Assembly: GCA_942493075.1 (NCBI GenBank)
Contig: OW818681.1
Location: 5,899,296-5,963,295, forward strand
DNA: 64,000 nt
Reading direction: 5' to 3'
DNA from: an uncultured Verrucomicrobiota bacterium
Lineage (GTDB): Bacteria > Verrucomicrobiota > Verrucomicrobiia > Limisphaerales > UBA8199
The notes under the pieces were generated by a model. That model was not told the DNA's origin, searched no databases, and was given only the letters and a program-made list of their open reading frames with translations. Each line of letters opens with the position of its first letter. The first letter of the stretch is position 1. The translations under genes were made by a program, and so were the position numbers. Below are positions 20,454-30,911 of the stretch, one piece after another.

Positions 20454-21170
20454 GTGAGATTCCGCCCCTCATCCCGCGCCGGCTTCACACTGGTGGAATT
20501 GCTGGTCGTGATCGCGATCATTGCGATTCTTGCCGGGCTGTTGTTGCCGGCTCTCGCGCGTGCGCAACGGCAGGCGCGCAAGACCTCGTGCATTTCCCAA
20601 CTCAAACAGCACGGAATCGCGTGGCGGATGTATCTGGACGAGAACCAGAGCCGATTCCCTGACCGCCGGGATCTTAAAACAACCCTGCCGGGTGGTTATA
20701 AACCGTGGTCAACCTGGCCCAAGAGCGATCCTCGCTCCGGTTGGGCGGCGGTGGTGCTCAGTAATGTGCTCACGCGATCAGACATCTGGAATTGCCCGGC
20801 AGTGACGCGTTCAGCGTGGGCGAATGTGGATCAGGCGAAACAGCTCTCCGGCAGCCATTCAAACGCGATCGTTGCTGGCTACTGGATGTGGCGGTTTGAT
20901 CGGCATGACGACCCTGTGCCGCTGGATAACTTTTGGGGACGCACCGAGGTGGCTTCCGTTGAGAACTTGCGGGATGCGAATAATCCTGTGGCTGGATCGC
21001 CGCTCGGGCCTGCCGATGTGGAACTGACGATGGACATCTATTTTCCCGCGACGGCCTCCGGCGTAGATCCCGCGTTGAAAGGCCGCACCGCACATCCCGG
21101 CGGGCGCAACCGCCTCCTGCTCGATGGGCATGTGGATCACCTAAAAGACGCCCGCACCCCGAACGGATGA
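20454..21170 (+). CDS. Prepilin-type N-terminal cleavage/methylation-domain protein with H-X9-DG (DUF1559) domain. Has a GTG start.
   Basis: [25 protein letters not shown] is a type-IV pilin-like N-terminus. The C-terminal [12 protein letters not shown] is H-X9-DG. Confidence 0.75.
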   Translation: MRFRPSSRAGFTLVELLVVIAIIAILAGLLLPALARAQRQARKTSCISQLKQHGIAWRMYLDENQSRFPDRRDLKTTLPGGYKPWSTWPKSDPRSGWAAVVLSNVLTRSDIWNCPAVTRSAWANVDQAKQLSGSHSNAIVAGYWMWRFDRHDDPVPLDNFWGRTEVASVENLRDANNPVAGSPLGPADVELTMDIYFPATASGVDPALKGRTAHPGGRNRLLLDGHVDHLKDARTPNG

Positions 21171-21287
21171 ATCAAAGTAGAGGCGGGCGTCTCTTCTTGG
21201 TCTCCTGGTTGCCTCTATTCTATGTCCTTTATCCGGATCTATCCGCAGATGGCGCAGATGGCCGCCGATGAAGGCGGAGGCTTCGGA

Positions 21288-21343
21288 ATGTAGCGCGGTC
21301 GTCTCGACTGCGAGTACGGGCGGCGTCTCGCCGCCCCTTTTCC
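21288..21343 (+). terminator. Conserved box plus hairpin terminator element, copy A.
   Basis: ATGTAGCGCGGTCGTCTCGACTGCGAGT box forms CGCGGTCG-UCU-CGACUGCG. It is followed by GGGCGGCG-TCTC-GCCGCCC then CTTTT, downstream of the H-X9-DG gene. Confidence 0.45.
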
Positions 21344-21716
21344 ACTGCAAACGGTCGGATACTAACAATGTTCATTGCGTTTCAGTACTGTTTGTAGCGC
21401 AGCGCCCAACAGCACAAGCTCACCCCCGTTCAGGGGCTTCGGACAAAGACGATTTCTCGCTTGGGTGCCCACTTGACGCTCTGCAATGCGACCACGCCTG
21501 GGCAGGTTTAGTCAGACAGGGCAGGCTGATCCTGTGCCGGAATGTCCTGTGTGATCAGCATGCAGCAACTTTGCGTATACGAACGCTGATATGTCAATCG
21601 CGGAAGCATTTGTTTTGGTTCCGCCTGCGGTCTTTTTGTTCGATTGGTCGCTTGTTTGGGTTCTTGCTTTTCAGGTATTCTATCCTGGTTCGGGTCGTAG
21701 TTAATTATTCCAGGAT

Positions 21717-23201
21717 TTGGTGAAGAAACGTCCTTTTTTGATATTGCAGAACGCCGCCTTCAGGGTCGGCGAAGGTCTTGCTTTCGAGAAAACCAATTGG
21801 GTGTTCCACTCGGATGAGCACTGGGCGGTGCATGGCGGGAATGGTTCTGGAAAATCGCTCTTTGCCGATTGTGTGCGCGGGCTTCTGCCCGTCGTGCAAG
21901 GCTCGCTTGAATATCACTTTCGCTCCCCCGCAGGGCTTTCCGCAGAAGAATCCATCGGCCACGTTTCCTTTGAGGACCGCAGACTCGAACTCGATGGAAG
22001 CGTGATGCAGTCGCGCTGGAGCAGCATCGAGGAGGAGGAATCCTTGAGTGTCGCGAGGTTTCTCTCCTATGAGAGGGTCATGAGTGTGAACCCGTTTGCG
22101 GTCGAGGAGGATCATGAGCAACAGCGGCGCGCTTTTTCCCGCCGACTGGAACGCGCAGTCCGGTTGCTGCGGCTGGAATCCTTTCGCGATCGCAATCTCA
22201 TCTCTTTATCCAATGGGGAGCGCCAGCGCGTTCAACTCGCACACGAGTTGGCCAAACCTCTTCGGTTGCTGATTCTTGATGAGCCTTTCACCGGGATCGA
22301 CCTGGCAACGCGCCACTATCTGCGTGAGGTTTTTAGCGCGCTCATGCGCACACGATTGCGGTTGCTGTTGATAACAACGCATGGGGAAGAGTTGCCTTAC
22401 GGCATAACTCATGTCATGGAGGTGGAAAACTGCCGTGTTGCAAGACTCGGAAAAGCCGGACGGCGGTGCAGCGCGCCCAGGCCTTGTGCTCTGAAAACTC
22501 AAGTTCCACAAAGTTCGGCGTCGAAGCCCAGCTCGACTGGGGCCCAGGTCTTGATCGATCTGCAAAATGTGAATGTCCGTTACGGTGATAAGACTGTGCT
22601 TAAGGACCTGAATTGGACGGTCCGCACCGGGGAGAGTTGGGCGGTGATCGGCCCAAATGGCTCGGGCAAGACCACCTTGCTCAGCCTCATAGCAGGTGAT
22701 CACCCCCAGGCATACGGCAATCACGTTGTGGTCTTTGGATTCAAGCGTGGAACAGGAGAATCCGTGTGGGACATCAAACGCCATGTGGGCATGATATCGC
22801 CGGAACTGCATCTGCACTTTGATGAGGCCCTCACTTGCCTGGATGCCGTCGTATCCGGGTTTTTTGATACCAACGGGCTATTTGAGGAACCGAGTGATCG
22901 GCAGGTGCGCAATGCGCGGCGGATACTCGCAGAGTTCGGCTTAAGAAACTGGGCTCATTCGCCACTTGCCAATTTGTCCATGGGCGAGCAACGCATGGTG
23001 CTGCTGGCGCGGGCACTTGTGAAGAAGCCAAAACTGCTGGTTCTCGACGAGCCCTGCCAAGGCCTGGATGCGAAACACAGCCGCAAATTTCTGGGGCGTG
23101 TTGCCGGGTTGGTGGGCTCTCGAACCACTACTGTCCTTTTCGTTACACACCGGCCTGAGGAGATCCCGCCCGGCATTGGCCGGCAATTGGTGCTTGGCTG
23201 A
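21717..23201 (+). CDS. ABC transporter ATP-binding protein with two tandem ATPase domains (ModF-like).
   Basis: Two Walker A sites (GGNGSGKS, GPNGSGKT), two LSxGE signature motifs, and D-loops (LILDEP, LVLDEP). Confidence 0.75.
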   Translation: MVKKRPFLILQNAAFRVGEGLAFEKTNWVFHSDEHWAVHGGNGSGKSLFADCVRGLLPVVQGSLEYHFRSPAGLSAEESIGHVSFEDRRLELDGSVMQSRWSSIEEEESLSVARFLSYERVMSVNPFAVEEDHEQQRRAFSRRLERAVRLLRLESFRDRNLISLSNGERQRVQLAHELAKPLRLLILDEPFTGIDLATRHYLREVFSALMRTRLRLLLITTHGEELPYGITHVMEVENCRVARLGKAGRRCSAPRPCALKTQVPQSSASKPSSTGAQVLIDLQNVNVRYGDKTVLKDLNWTVRTGESWAVIGPNGSGKTTLLSLIAGDHPQAYGNHVVVFGFKRGTGESVWDIKRHVGMISPELHLHFDEALTCLDAVVSGFFDTNGLFEEPSDRQVRNARRILAEFGLRNWAHSPLANLSMGEQRMVLLARALVKKPKLLVLDEPCQGLDAKHSRKFLGRVAGLVGSRTTTVLFVTHRPEEIPPGIGRQLVLG

Positions 23202-23422
23202 AACGCGTAGCGCGTTCAGAGGAGCGCCACAAAAACAAATAATAACAAGCGCAGCGCAAACATGGCGCTAACATTGCCCAACGAGAGCAGAAAGTCCGTG
23301 CTTTACTGACTAATCTGAAGTCCCAGGGGTCAGTCCTAGAAATGAAATGTGACAATCGGACATTGTGTCACAATTCTAGGACCGCCCCCTTTGGAGGTAG
23401 TTGAAGCTTTGAGTTCGGTCGG

Positions 23423-23773
23423 TTACTTCCGCAGGATCTTCTCCATCGGTCTCCCTTTTGCGAGCTCATCTATCAGCTTGTCCAAATAACGAATTTTTTT
23501 CATGAGAGTATCCTGGATGTCCTCGACGCGGACTCCGCAAACAACGCCTCTAATAAGTGCGCTGTTCGGATGAATGAGGGGTGCCTGAGCGAAAAAGGTT
23601 TCGAGGTCGTTCTCCTGCTCTATCTGGCGATGGAGACCAGCCTCATCATAGCCAGTTAGCCAGAGAATGATCTCATCAACTTCCTCTTGGGTGCGTTGTC
23701 TGCGCTCCGCCTTTGCAACATACAGCAGGTATATCCTCGAAAACTTCATCTTGGAAAGCTGTGGCTTAGGCAT
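23423..23773 (-). CDS. Conserved hypothetical protein (DUF2200-like), in an AT-rich islet.
   Basis: 116-aa ORF with a clean start. Local GC is clearly lower than the surroundings. Confidence 0.45.
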   Translation of the reverse strand: MPKPQLSKMKFSRIYLLYVAKAERRQRTQEEVDEIILWLTGYDEAGLHRQIEQENDLETFFAQAPLIHPNSALIRGVVCGVRVEDIQDTLMKKIRYLDKLIDELAKGRPMEKILRK

Positions 23774-23897
23774 CTTGGTTTCTTTGTGGTCCGGAGCGTG
23801 TTGCTTCCTGCAAGCTAACGCAGAATTGACTGACCGCTACCGGAAAGTGGAACTTGAGAGGGATAGGTCGTGGGCAATCACCATCCAATAACTGGTG

Positions 23898-24095
23898 CTA
23901 TCGTGCCGCATCCCACTTGTTTCCGATCCAAATGATAGCTGCCAGCAGCGCGATGCCTGCGATTCGGATGAGCCCGATCGGTGCAAGAAATATTACGACA
24001 CCGAGCAGCAGTATTGTTAGGGGAAGCTTTCTGTTGCCGTTGGCAAGTGAGACCACCACTCCAGAGATCCAAGCAAGAATAGCGAGCAGAAACAT
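23898..24095 (-). CDS. Small hydrophobic membrane protein (two TM), hypothetical.
   Basis: 65-aa ORF that is almost entirely hydrophobic, in the AT-rich islet. Confidence 0.3.
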   Translation of the reverse strand: MFLLAILAWISGVVVSLANGNRKLPLTILLLGVVIFLAPIGLIRIAGIALLAAIIWIGNKWDAAR

Positions 24096-24127
24096 AGGTT
24101 CCCAGAGATTGACAGGAAGCGGGCCGT

Positions 24128-24379
24128 TCAGTTGTTGATGTTCGTTCTGACGACTACCGTCCCAGCAATGAAATCATGCAGTGACATCAGCAGGAGTGTG
24201 AGAAAGCTGACCGGCCAAAGAACACAGGAATCAGCAAACCCAGTCCAGAAGCGAGGACCAAAAGTCGAGTATCGGTCGGAAGGAGCGAAGAAACGGTTCC
24301 TGTAGTATGCCCAGATGAGCAAGGAGAACAGGATCATAAAACCCAGGCTCATCAATTGGCTGAACATTTCTGTGTGCAT
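24128..24379 (-). CDS. Small RDD-family-like membrane protein, hypothetical.
   Basis: Two TM segments and a C-terminal HDFIAGTVVVR, resembling the RDD-family C-terminus. Confidence 0.3.
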   Translation of the reverse strand: MHTEMFSQLMSLGFMILFSLLIWAYYRNRFFAPSDRYSTFGPRFWTGFADSCVLWPVSFLTLLLMSLHDFIAGTVVVRTNINN

Positions 24380-24494
24380 GTGGTTAGTCCACCGTCAGAA
24401 TGCTAACCCGCGAGAGAAAACACAAGCACGCATCTTGACAAATATAGCGAGTCCCCTTCTCACCCAGGCAACCGCCCCATTACACGATGCTATC

Positions 24495-25334
24495 TTACCG
24501 ATTCCAGCCGTGGCTCTTGTATTTGGAACCGGTCGGCATCTTCTTGAATCGATCCAATGCGTTTTGCCGCCAATCCGCTCCGGCAGGTGCGGATGAGGCT
24601 GCCTCCGCACCGAGGACCTGATCCTGAACGGGCGTTGCTTCTGCGACGGGCGTTGGTGAGGTTTGGATGCTTGCGGCGGTTGCAGCCGGTTGAGTAATCG
24701 AGGCCGCGCGTGGCTGGAAGTATCCTCCTGACCCAAAGGTCGCAAGTGGTTGGGCGGATGAAGGCGAGGCCGTTTGAACGCCAATCACCGGCGGTGTGGC
24801 CGGTTGCGCTGTCTCCTCGTCCAGATAATTCCAACAAACCCGCACGGTGGATATGCTTCCTAAGTGCACCGCGATCCCGCGATATTCCAGCCCCGGGAAT
24901 TCCATTTTCTCCGAGAGCTCTTCGGCTTTAACCATGGCGGCGAGCAAGGCCTGGATTGTGGTGCGCGTTGCGTTCGCGGCCGCGAGGGCGCGGATGGTGG
25001 CACCCCCTACCTTCTCAAAGCGGTCCAACCGCAGAATGACTCTCCGTAAGGGCATGATCTCGATGTCCGCGCTGACCAATTCGTAACCGGCTGATTCGAG
25101 CACGCTGATGTTCTCGTTCACTTCGGTTACAACTTGCCCGAGACGTTCCTCGGTATCGACATTCAGACCGGTAAAGCAGGCCTGGACTTCATCGCGCAAT
25201 TCGTTCAACTGTCCAGCCGCAGCCAGGACGGATTGCCGTAGTTGCGCCGCCTGCTGCGGTGCCGCTTGCACGGCCTGGGAGAGCTGTGTCGCCCGCTGGC
25301 CGATGTTTCGCATCCGACGTGCTAGTTTGCTCAT
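24495..25334 (-). CDS. Hypothetical protein with an N-terminal coiled coil and a Ser/Thr/Pro/Ala-rich C-terminus. It is the last gene of the flotillin/giant-ATPase operon.
   Basis: 279-aa ORF on the same strand, 36 bp downstream of the 1845-aa gene. I recognise no family. Confidence 0.5.
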   Translation of the reverse strand: MSKLARRMRNIGQRATQLSQAVQAAPQQAAQLRQSVLAAAGQLNELRDEVQACFTGLNVDTEERLGQVVTEVNENISVLESAGYELVSADIEIMPLRRVILRLDRFEKVGGATIRALAAANATRTTIQALLAAMVKAEELSEKMEFPGLEYRGIAVHLGSISTVRVCWNYLDEETAQPATPPVIGVQTASPSSAQPLATFGSGGYFQPRAASITQPAATAASIQTSPTPVAEATPVQDQVLGAEAASSAPAGADWRQNALDRFKKMPTGSKYKSHGWNR

Positions 25335-25369
25335 AGATTTCCTGGGTTGCGGTTTGATTGTTTACGGCA

Positions 25370-28300
25370 TCAAGGCTGGATCTGAGGCGGCACACCGGGC
25401 GCAGGTGGTTCTTTAGGCGCTTCGGGCTGCTGCGATTGAGCCAGCACTTCCTGAAATTTTTCAAGAAACGCGCGCTCGTTCGTAAGCATTTCCTGCGTTA
25501 GGTCGATTTCCACCGTCCCTTGTTTTGCGCGGGTGGCCAGCAGTTCCTGGGCATCGCGCAAATGGTTTCGCTGCTGTACGGCCAGATCCTTCAAGGTCGC
25601 CAACGTGCTATGGATCATCTCCAACTCATGCGAAAGGCTGTTTACCTGGTCCCTGATATCGCCGGTGTGGCTCGCTGCCAAGGCGCGGCGCAACTCTTCG
25701 CCAAACGATTTTAACCCATCTCCGATATGCGCGGCGATGGAGGCTCCGGGATCTTCCTTCGGTGCCGCAGGCGCCCTGGTGGCAGCGAGGCTTTCCGCGA
25801 GTGTGGAGCGCATCGATTCCAGCTTGGTTTCCAGTGGGGTTAAATCCAGCGACAACGAAGACGGTTTGGAGAGCTGCTTCTCCAATGTCTCCTGGATGGA
25901 CTCCAGCCCTGCTTGAAATCCTGAGAGCTGGCCAACAACCCGGCTGACCGGGTCATTCTGATCAGCCCCGCGCACGAGCTGGTTGCGCTTGAACGTCTTC
26001 TTGATCTCTTCCCAACGCGCTAGCTCAGCAGCGGAGAGCTGGCCAATGAGTTCCTTGAACTTGAGCAGATTCGCCTCCGCGCCTGTTGTCAGCGTTTGGG
26101 ATTCATTCCGATAATGATCGATCAGAATCGTGCGGAGTTCCTCATCGTTCAGCACAGGCACGACTTTCTCGGCGAGCCTGTTCATATTCCGATAGGAGCC
26201 CTGCAACCGGAACGGGGGTTCGGTGCGGAACTCGTCCGCCTGGGCAGCGGAATGGATATACTCCTGATTCACGCGCAGCACCACGTTCCGAATGACCACC
26301 AGCTTCTTCATTACTGCGAGGATCTCTTCCACCTCCTGCGCCGAGTAGCTGCCTTCAAAACCTTCTGTCGGGCGGGAACCCGTCTCTGCCGTCCGGATAA
26401 ACGAGCGGATATCCTTCTGGCTCTTGTTGGAGAGCGGTGCCAGCACGGCATTCGACGTGACAGCATTTTCCAAGTAGCTGGCTTTGAACCAATCGGCGTT
26501 GCCGCCGATAATATCGCCGAGATTGTAGGTGTCAGCGCGGTTTGCGAGCATGTCCGGAATTCGGAATTTCTGGCCGCTCTCGGTGTAAGGATTGCCAGCC
26601 ATCACAACCACCAATTTGCGTCCCTTGAGATCGTAGGTGCGGGGCTGTCCCTTCCAAACGCCTTCTATCTTGCGCTGTCCATCACAAAGCGAGATGAATT
26701 TTTGCAGGAACTCGGGATTGCAATGCTGAATGTCATCCACGCAAATCATCACGTTATCACCCATCTCCAGCGCCAGGTTCAGCTTTTGGATTTCTTCGCG
26801 GGCGGCGGCGTTCGGCGCGGTCTCCGGATCGAGCGAAGTGACGCCGTGTCCGAGCGCGGGGCCGTTGATTTTTACGAAGATGATTCCCAGACGGTTGGAG
26901 ATGTACTCCATCAAGGTCGTCTTGCCGTAGCCCGGGGGAGAAATGACGAGAAGCAGTCCCATCAAGTCGGTGCGCTTCTGGTCACCGGCGGCGCCGATTT
27001 GCTTGGCGAGGTTATCGCCCAGCATAGGCAGATAGATCTCGTCGATGAGCTGGTTGCGCACAAAGGAAGTGAGCACGCGGGGTGTGAATTCCTCCAGGCG
27101 CAAGCGGGTGCGTTCACGTTCCAGGATGGCCTGTTTAGCACGTTGGAACGCCTCGTACCGGGGGACGACGTTCGTTTCAAAATGGGCTAAGCGCTCACGG
27201 AAATCGAGGTAATCGAACCGGTATTGTGTCCCGCTGACAACCGGGTGGGTACCTTTCATTCCGTCGATGGAACGGGACGTTCCCGCTTGCACGGGTGTGC
27301 GCTTCACCGCATCGCCGCAGAAGATGATGGCTGCAGCTTCTTCCAGGTAACGCTGTCCATCAGGCTGATTCAGCAGAAACCCGCGCACCCAGTCGCGGAC
27401 CAGTTCCAGCTCGCTTTCGGGATGCTCACGGAGTTCCTGGCGCGCTTTGGCAAAAGAATCTGTGCTGCCTTTTTGCAGGAGATGGCGGTTGAAGCCGGCA
27501 ACGATCTGATCCGCCTCGCGGCTGACGGCTATTGTCGTTGCGCCCGCTACGAGTTCATAGAACAGATACTCTCCAGCCGCCGCGACCAACTCCACAGGAT
27601 ACGCTTTCGCCGATTCGTTCCACTCACCAATGCGCTTGCGCAAGGCGGCGACGTAGTTGTCCTGGGTTGGGTCACCCGGGAACAGGCGGTTGCGCTCGCC
27701 AAAGCCCTTTAGCTTCGAATGCCACAAGGTCCGGGTTTGCTCCGGGGCAAACCGATGCCAAAACACCATGGCTAATGCGCGCGCGGCGGGATTGAACCTG
27801 GCGAGCTGAAGGGCCGTATGCGTGCTGAGCAGGACGGTAAAGATGCGCGCCGCATCCAGGTCGTGCACCCCTTTGGTGTAGCCCTCCTGATAGCGCGATG
27901 CCATGAAGGCCTGCACCAGGGCCAACTGCTCGGCTTCACTCTGGGCCAGCGCCTCGGTCAGCGCAGGCAGCTTAAGATCGCCATCAACAGCGTTCCGCCC
28001 CGCAGATCCGCCATGCAGCGCCTGCATCAATCGATAGGCGAGATACTCAGCCCGGTAAACGGTTTCGTTCTCTGAGATGACTTCCTGCGTCCACAAATCA
28101 CGGGACTGCTGAAAGAGCTCGTCGGTGATCGGCTCGAAATACCTGGTACTGGTCAGGTGGATGTGCTGCACACCGTCGCGGTTCACGATCGTGAGTTCGA
28201 GCGGTTGCGTATTGACGCTGAAACGGTGCTTGCCCAGGCGGATGACCGCCTGGCCATCCACGAAGAGCTCCTGGCGATCCTTTAACTGCCGGACCGCCTC

Positions 28301-30907
28301 CTGATGGACGCTCTTGAGGCGTCCTTCGAGATCATCCGCTTTGACGCTGTCTGATAGTTTGACCAGTTCCTGGATGGTTTCGCGGACCTTCCCGATCATC
28401 AGGTCCGACGCCATGTAGCTGTTGATTTCTTCCAGCGTGCGAAACGATGCGAGACGGTTCTTAACCACCTTGAGGATGCGTTCCGCTGCGGTCATCAACG
28501 CGCCAGCGCGCTTGTTCCTGTGTTCCACCAGGGCAACTTTGCGCTGCTCGAACACTTCATACAGCTCAGTGCGCCGCTCGGAGAGTTTGACGGTATACTC
28601 TTCGAACTCGGCGAAGGTGCCTTCCAGTTCCTCCAACTGCACCGAGATGCGGTTGAGATACTCGTCGCATTTGGCCGGGGAATCGCAGAGATCGAGGTAG
28701 CTGGCGGCGGACTGGCTCAGGAGCTTGATCTGCGCGTTAAACTGCTCGGCGCTCTCGGAGGCTACCAGGTTTTGCAGCCGCTTCTTGAGCGCGGCCCGCA
28801 CCTGGTTCAATGTCGCGAACACCCCGGTGATGCCGTCAATGATCCGGGTGGTCGCGGTCGCATCATCGATCTTTAAACCGTTGACGATCTCAATGAGCAT
28901 CTCGAGCTCACCGCTGCCCGCGGCAACGGCCTTCTCGATTTCTCGTGCCTCGGAAACTTTACCGACACTGTCCACTTTTGCGAGGTGCTCGTCCGCGTTC
29001 TTGCGATAAGGATCGAGGGCCTCGGGTTTGAGCAGGAATTGGACGCAGGCTTTCGCCAACTCTTCCGTCTGCTCCACCACGCTTTTCTCGATCAAATCAA
29101 CTTGCGGGATCTCAATGTAGCGAACTTCCTTGATGGTGGCGGTCTCACCGCGCAATTGCCGCAGAGCGGCAAGATTCACCACGAAATCGTTCAGCACACG
29201 GAAGCTTGCCCGGCGGATCTCCTGGAGACGCAGCTCTGTGCGTTTGCGCAAGTCTTGCAGCTTCTCCACCGCCTCGCGCTGCAACCGCCGCACTTTGTCG
29301 AACTCATCGACCGCTTTATCAGCGGCATCCCGGATCTGGCGCAGAGCGCCATCGATCTGGAAACCTTCCTCCGAACTCAGCCATGGATAAGCATCCAGGA
29401 TGGCTCCGCAACGTTTCGTTAGATCGGTGTAAAGCTCCGCGTAAGGGCTCTCCTTGCCGATCAAGGTGAGCACCTCGGTACATTCGGCCAGGCAGCGAAC
29501 AACATCCTTGTTCCCGACCTGATAGAGGAACGTGTCCTTCTTCCCGCCTGGTTCATGACCCGGCTGGTGGTACGGCGTTTGCCGCAACTGGATCATGTGA
29601 TGCTTCTGCGGCTCGTGCTCTGCCCGGAATAAGAGCAGGTGCCCCGTCGGGAAGATGGAGAACCCATGGCAACTGATGCGCTCCTCGACCTTCTGCGAAA
29701 TCAGCCGGTAGGGCATCAGCACATACTTGCCTTCCTGGCGCTGATAAAACACATAAAGCGAATCCTCCCCGTTTGGAGAATGAATGATACGCTCGATGAT
29801 GTAACCCTGTTCCTTGTTTTCGAACTGTTTCAGCTCACCAGTGGCCAGGTAATAGCCGTCAGGGAAAATCAGCCCATGCCCTTGAGGCAGGAAGACGCAG
29901 GATTCTCCCAGGGAATCGGCGCGGACCGCCTGCTGGGTCTTCTCGTTAAAGATGAAGAAGCGTGCCTGGGGTTCCTTATAGGGCCTGATCTTTAGCAGAA
30001 TGAGGTGGTCAACAATCGCGTAGCTGATCTCCGCGTCGTCCACTTTCTGAAACTTGTCCTCAACTGGCTCGGCGTAGATACCCTCACCGCTCGCCGTGTT
30101 GTCTTCCACCTTGATCGTTAGATCGCCGCCAATACATTCCACAAACACCCGGTCTTTGATGGATACGTGTGGATGATCGCCATAGCGGAACGATTCGCGA
30201 TCGGGGGTGCACCAGCGGAACTCGAACGGTGGAGGAAAACCCACCTGCCGGAATTCGCTTTCCGCGCGGCCATCGATGTACTGCAGCTTGCCTTCGTTGT
30301 ACGCCCATTTGAACACCGCGATATCGGTGAGCGAATTGCCAATGGAAAAGACCATGTACAATTTGCCATCGATCACCGAGAATTTGTGAAACCCCGCCTT
30401 CTGATAGACGTTATATAGCCGCTTGAAATCCGTGATGAACGCGGGGTCCTGGAGCAGTTCGAGCCCTGCCTCTTTAAAATTGGCAGCCTGGCCATCGCGC
30501 TGATAAATGGCGAACACGTCGCCCAGCTCCATTTCGCGCTTCAGTCCGAACTGGACGTTGAAACCGAACAGGAAAGCGCCATCGCCCAACTGCACCATGT
30601 CCTGGGGAATGCAGTTATGGGCAGTAACGATCCGGTCGGATTGCAGGAGCTTGAATTCGAGAGAGCCGAAGACCTCCTGGCGGCGAGCGTTAAGCTTTCC
30701 GCCGCGCTCGCGCAGCAGCGCACCTTGCGCCTGCAACCGCTGGCGGATGATCTCATAGGTGGCGCTGCCCAACGCTTGAGTTGGCGTTGCTGGCTGCGCC
30801 TGGGGCGGGGTCTTTGCCTCCGCGTTCGGCGGAGCCGGGGCTGGTACGTTCTCGGCCATGATCTGAATAGGGCCTGCCGGGCTTTTCAACCCGGCAGGCA
30901 CCTGCAA
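25370..30907 (-). CDS. Giant (1845 aa) multidomain protein. Architecture is an N-terminal beta-rich globular domain, a ~600-aa coiled-coil region, a P-loop AAA+ (AAA_5/MoxR-dynein-like) ATPase domain, and a C-terminal helical/Pro-rich tail.
   Basis: Walker A VISPPGYGKTTL and Walker B VMICVDDIQH. Long heptad-like helical stretches surround the ATPase. The start lies 4 bp after the flotillin stop. Confidence 0.7.
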   Translation of the reverse strand: MQVPAGLKSPAGPIQIMAENVPAPAPPNAEAKTPPQAQPATPTQALGSATYEIIRQRLQAQGALLRERGGKLNARRQEVFGSLEFKLLQSDRIVTAHNCIPQDMVQLGDGAFLFGFNVQFGLKREMELGDVFAIYQRDGQAANFKEAGLELLQDPAFITDFKRLYNVYQKAGFHKFSVIDGKLYMVFSIGNSLTDIAVFKWAYNEGKLQYIDGRAESEFRQVGFPPPFEFRWCTPDRESFRYGDHPHVSIKDRVFVECIGGDLTIKVEDNTASGEGIYAEPVEDKFQKVDDAEISYAIVDHLILLKIRPYKEPQARFFIFNEKTQQAVRADSLGESCVFLPQGHGLIFPDGYYLATGELKQFENKEQGYIIERIIHSPNGEDSLYVFYQRQEGKYVLMPYRLISQKVEERISCHGFSIFPTGHLLLFRAEHEPQKHHMIQLRQTPYHQPGHEPGGKKDTFLYQVGNKDVVRCLAECTEVLTLIGKESPYAELYTDLTKRCGAILDAYPWLSSEEGFQIDGALRQIRDAADKAVDEFDKVRRLQREAVEKLQDLRKRTELRLQEIRRASFRVLNDFVVNLAALRQLRGETATIKEVRYIEIPQVDLIEKSVVEQTEELAKACVQFLLKPEALDPYRKNADEHLAKVDSVGKVSEAREIEKAVAAGSGELEMLIEIVNGLKIDDATATTRIIDGITGVFATLNQVRAALKKRLQNLVASESAEQFNAQIKLLSQSAASYLDLCDSPAKCDEYLNRISVQLEELEGTFAEFEEYTVKLSERRTELYEVFEQRKVALVEHRNKRAGALMTAAERILKVVKNRLASFRTLEEINSYMASDLMIGKVRETIQELVKLSDSVKADDLEGRLKSVHQEAVRQLKDRQELFVDGQAVIRLGKHRFSVNTQPLELTIVNRDGVQHIHLTSTRYFEPITDELFQQSRDLWTQEVISENETVYRAEYLAYRLMQALHGGSAGRNAVDGDLKLPALTEALAQSEAEQLALVQAFMASRYQEGYTKGVHDLDAARIFTVLLSTHTALQLARFNPAARALAMVFWHRFAPEQTRTLWHSKLKGFGERNRLFPGDPTQDNYVAALRKRIGEWNESAKAYPVELVAAAGEYLFYELVAGATTIAVSREADQIVAGFNRHLLQKGSTDSFAKARQELREHPESELELVRDWVRGFLLNQPDGQRYLEEAAAIIFCGDAVKRTPVQAGTSRSIDGMKGTHPVVSGTQYRFDYLDFRERLAHFETNVVPRYEAFQRAKQAILERERTRLRLEEFTPRVLTSFVRNQLIDEIYLPMLGDNLAKQIGAAGDQKRTDLMGLLLVISPPGYGKTTLMEYISNRLGIIFVKINGPALGHGVTSLDPETAPNAAAREEIQKLNLALEMGDNVMICVDDIQHCNPEFLQKFISLCDGQRKIEGVWKGQPRTYDLKGRKLVVVMAGNPYTESGQKFRIPDMLANRADTYNLGDIIGGNADWFKASYLENAVTSNAVLAPLSNKSQKDIRSFIRTAETGSRPTEGFEGSYSAQEVEEILAVMKKLVVIRNVVLRVNQEYIHSAAQADEFRTEPPFRLQGSYRNMNRLAEKVVPVLNDEELRTILIDHYRNESQTLTTGAEANLLKFKELIGQLSAAELARWEEIKKTFKRNQLVRGADQNDPVSRVVGQLSGFQAGLESIQETLEKQLSKPSSLSLDLTPLETKLESMRSTLAESLAATRAPAAPKEDPGASIAAHIGDGLKSFGEELRRALAASHTGDIRDQVNSLSHELEMIHSTLATLKDLAVQQRNHLRDAQELLATRAKQGTVEIDLTQEMLTNERAFLEKFQEVLAQSQQPEAPKEPPAPGVPPQIQP

Positions 30908-30911
30908 ATAC

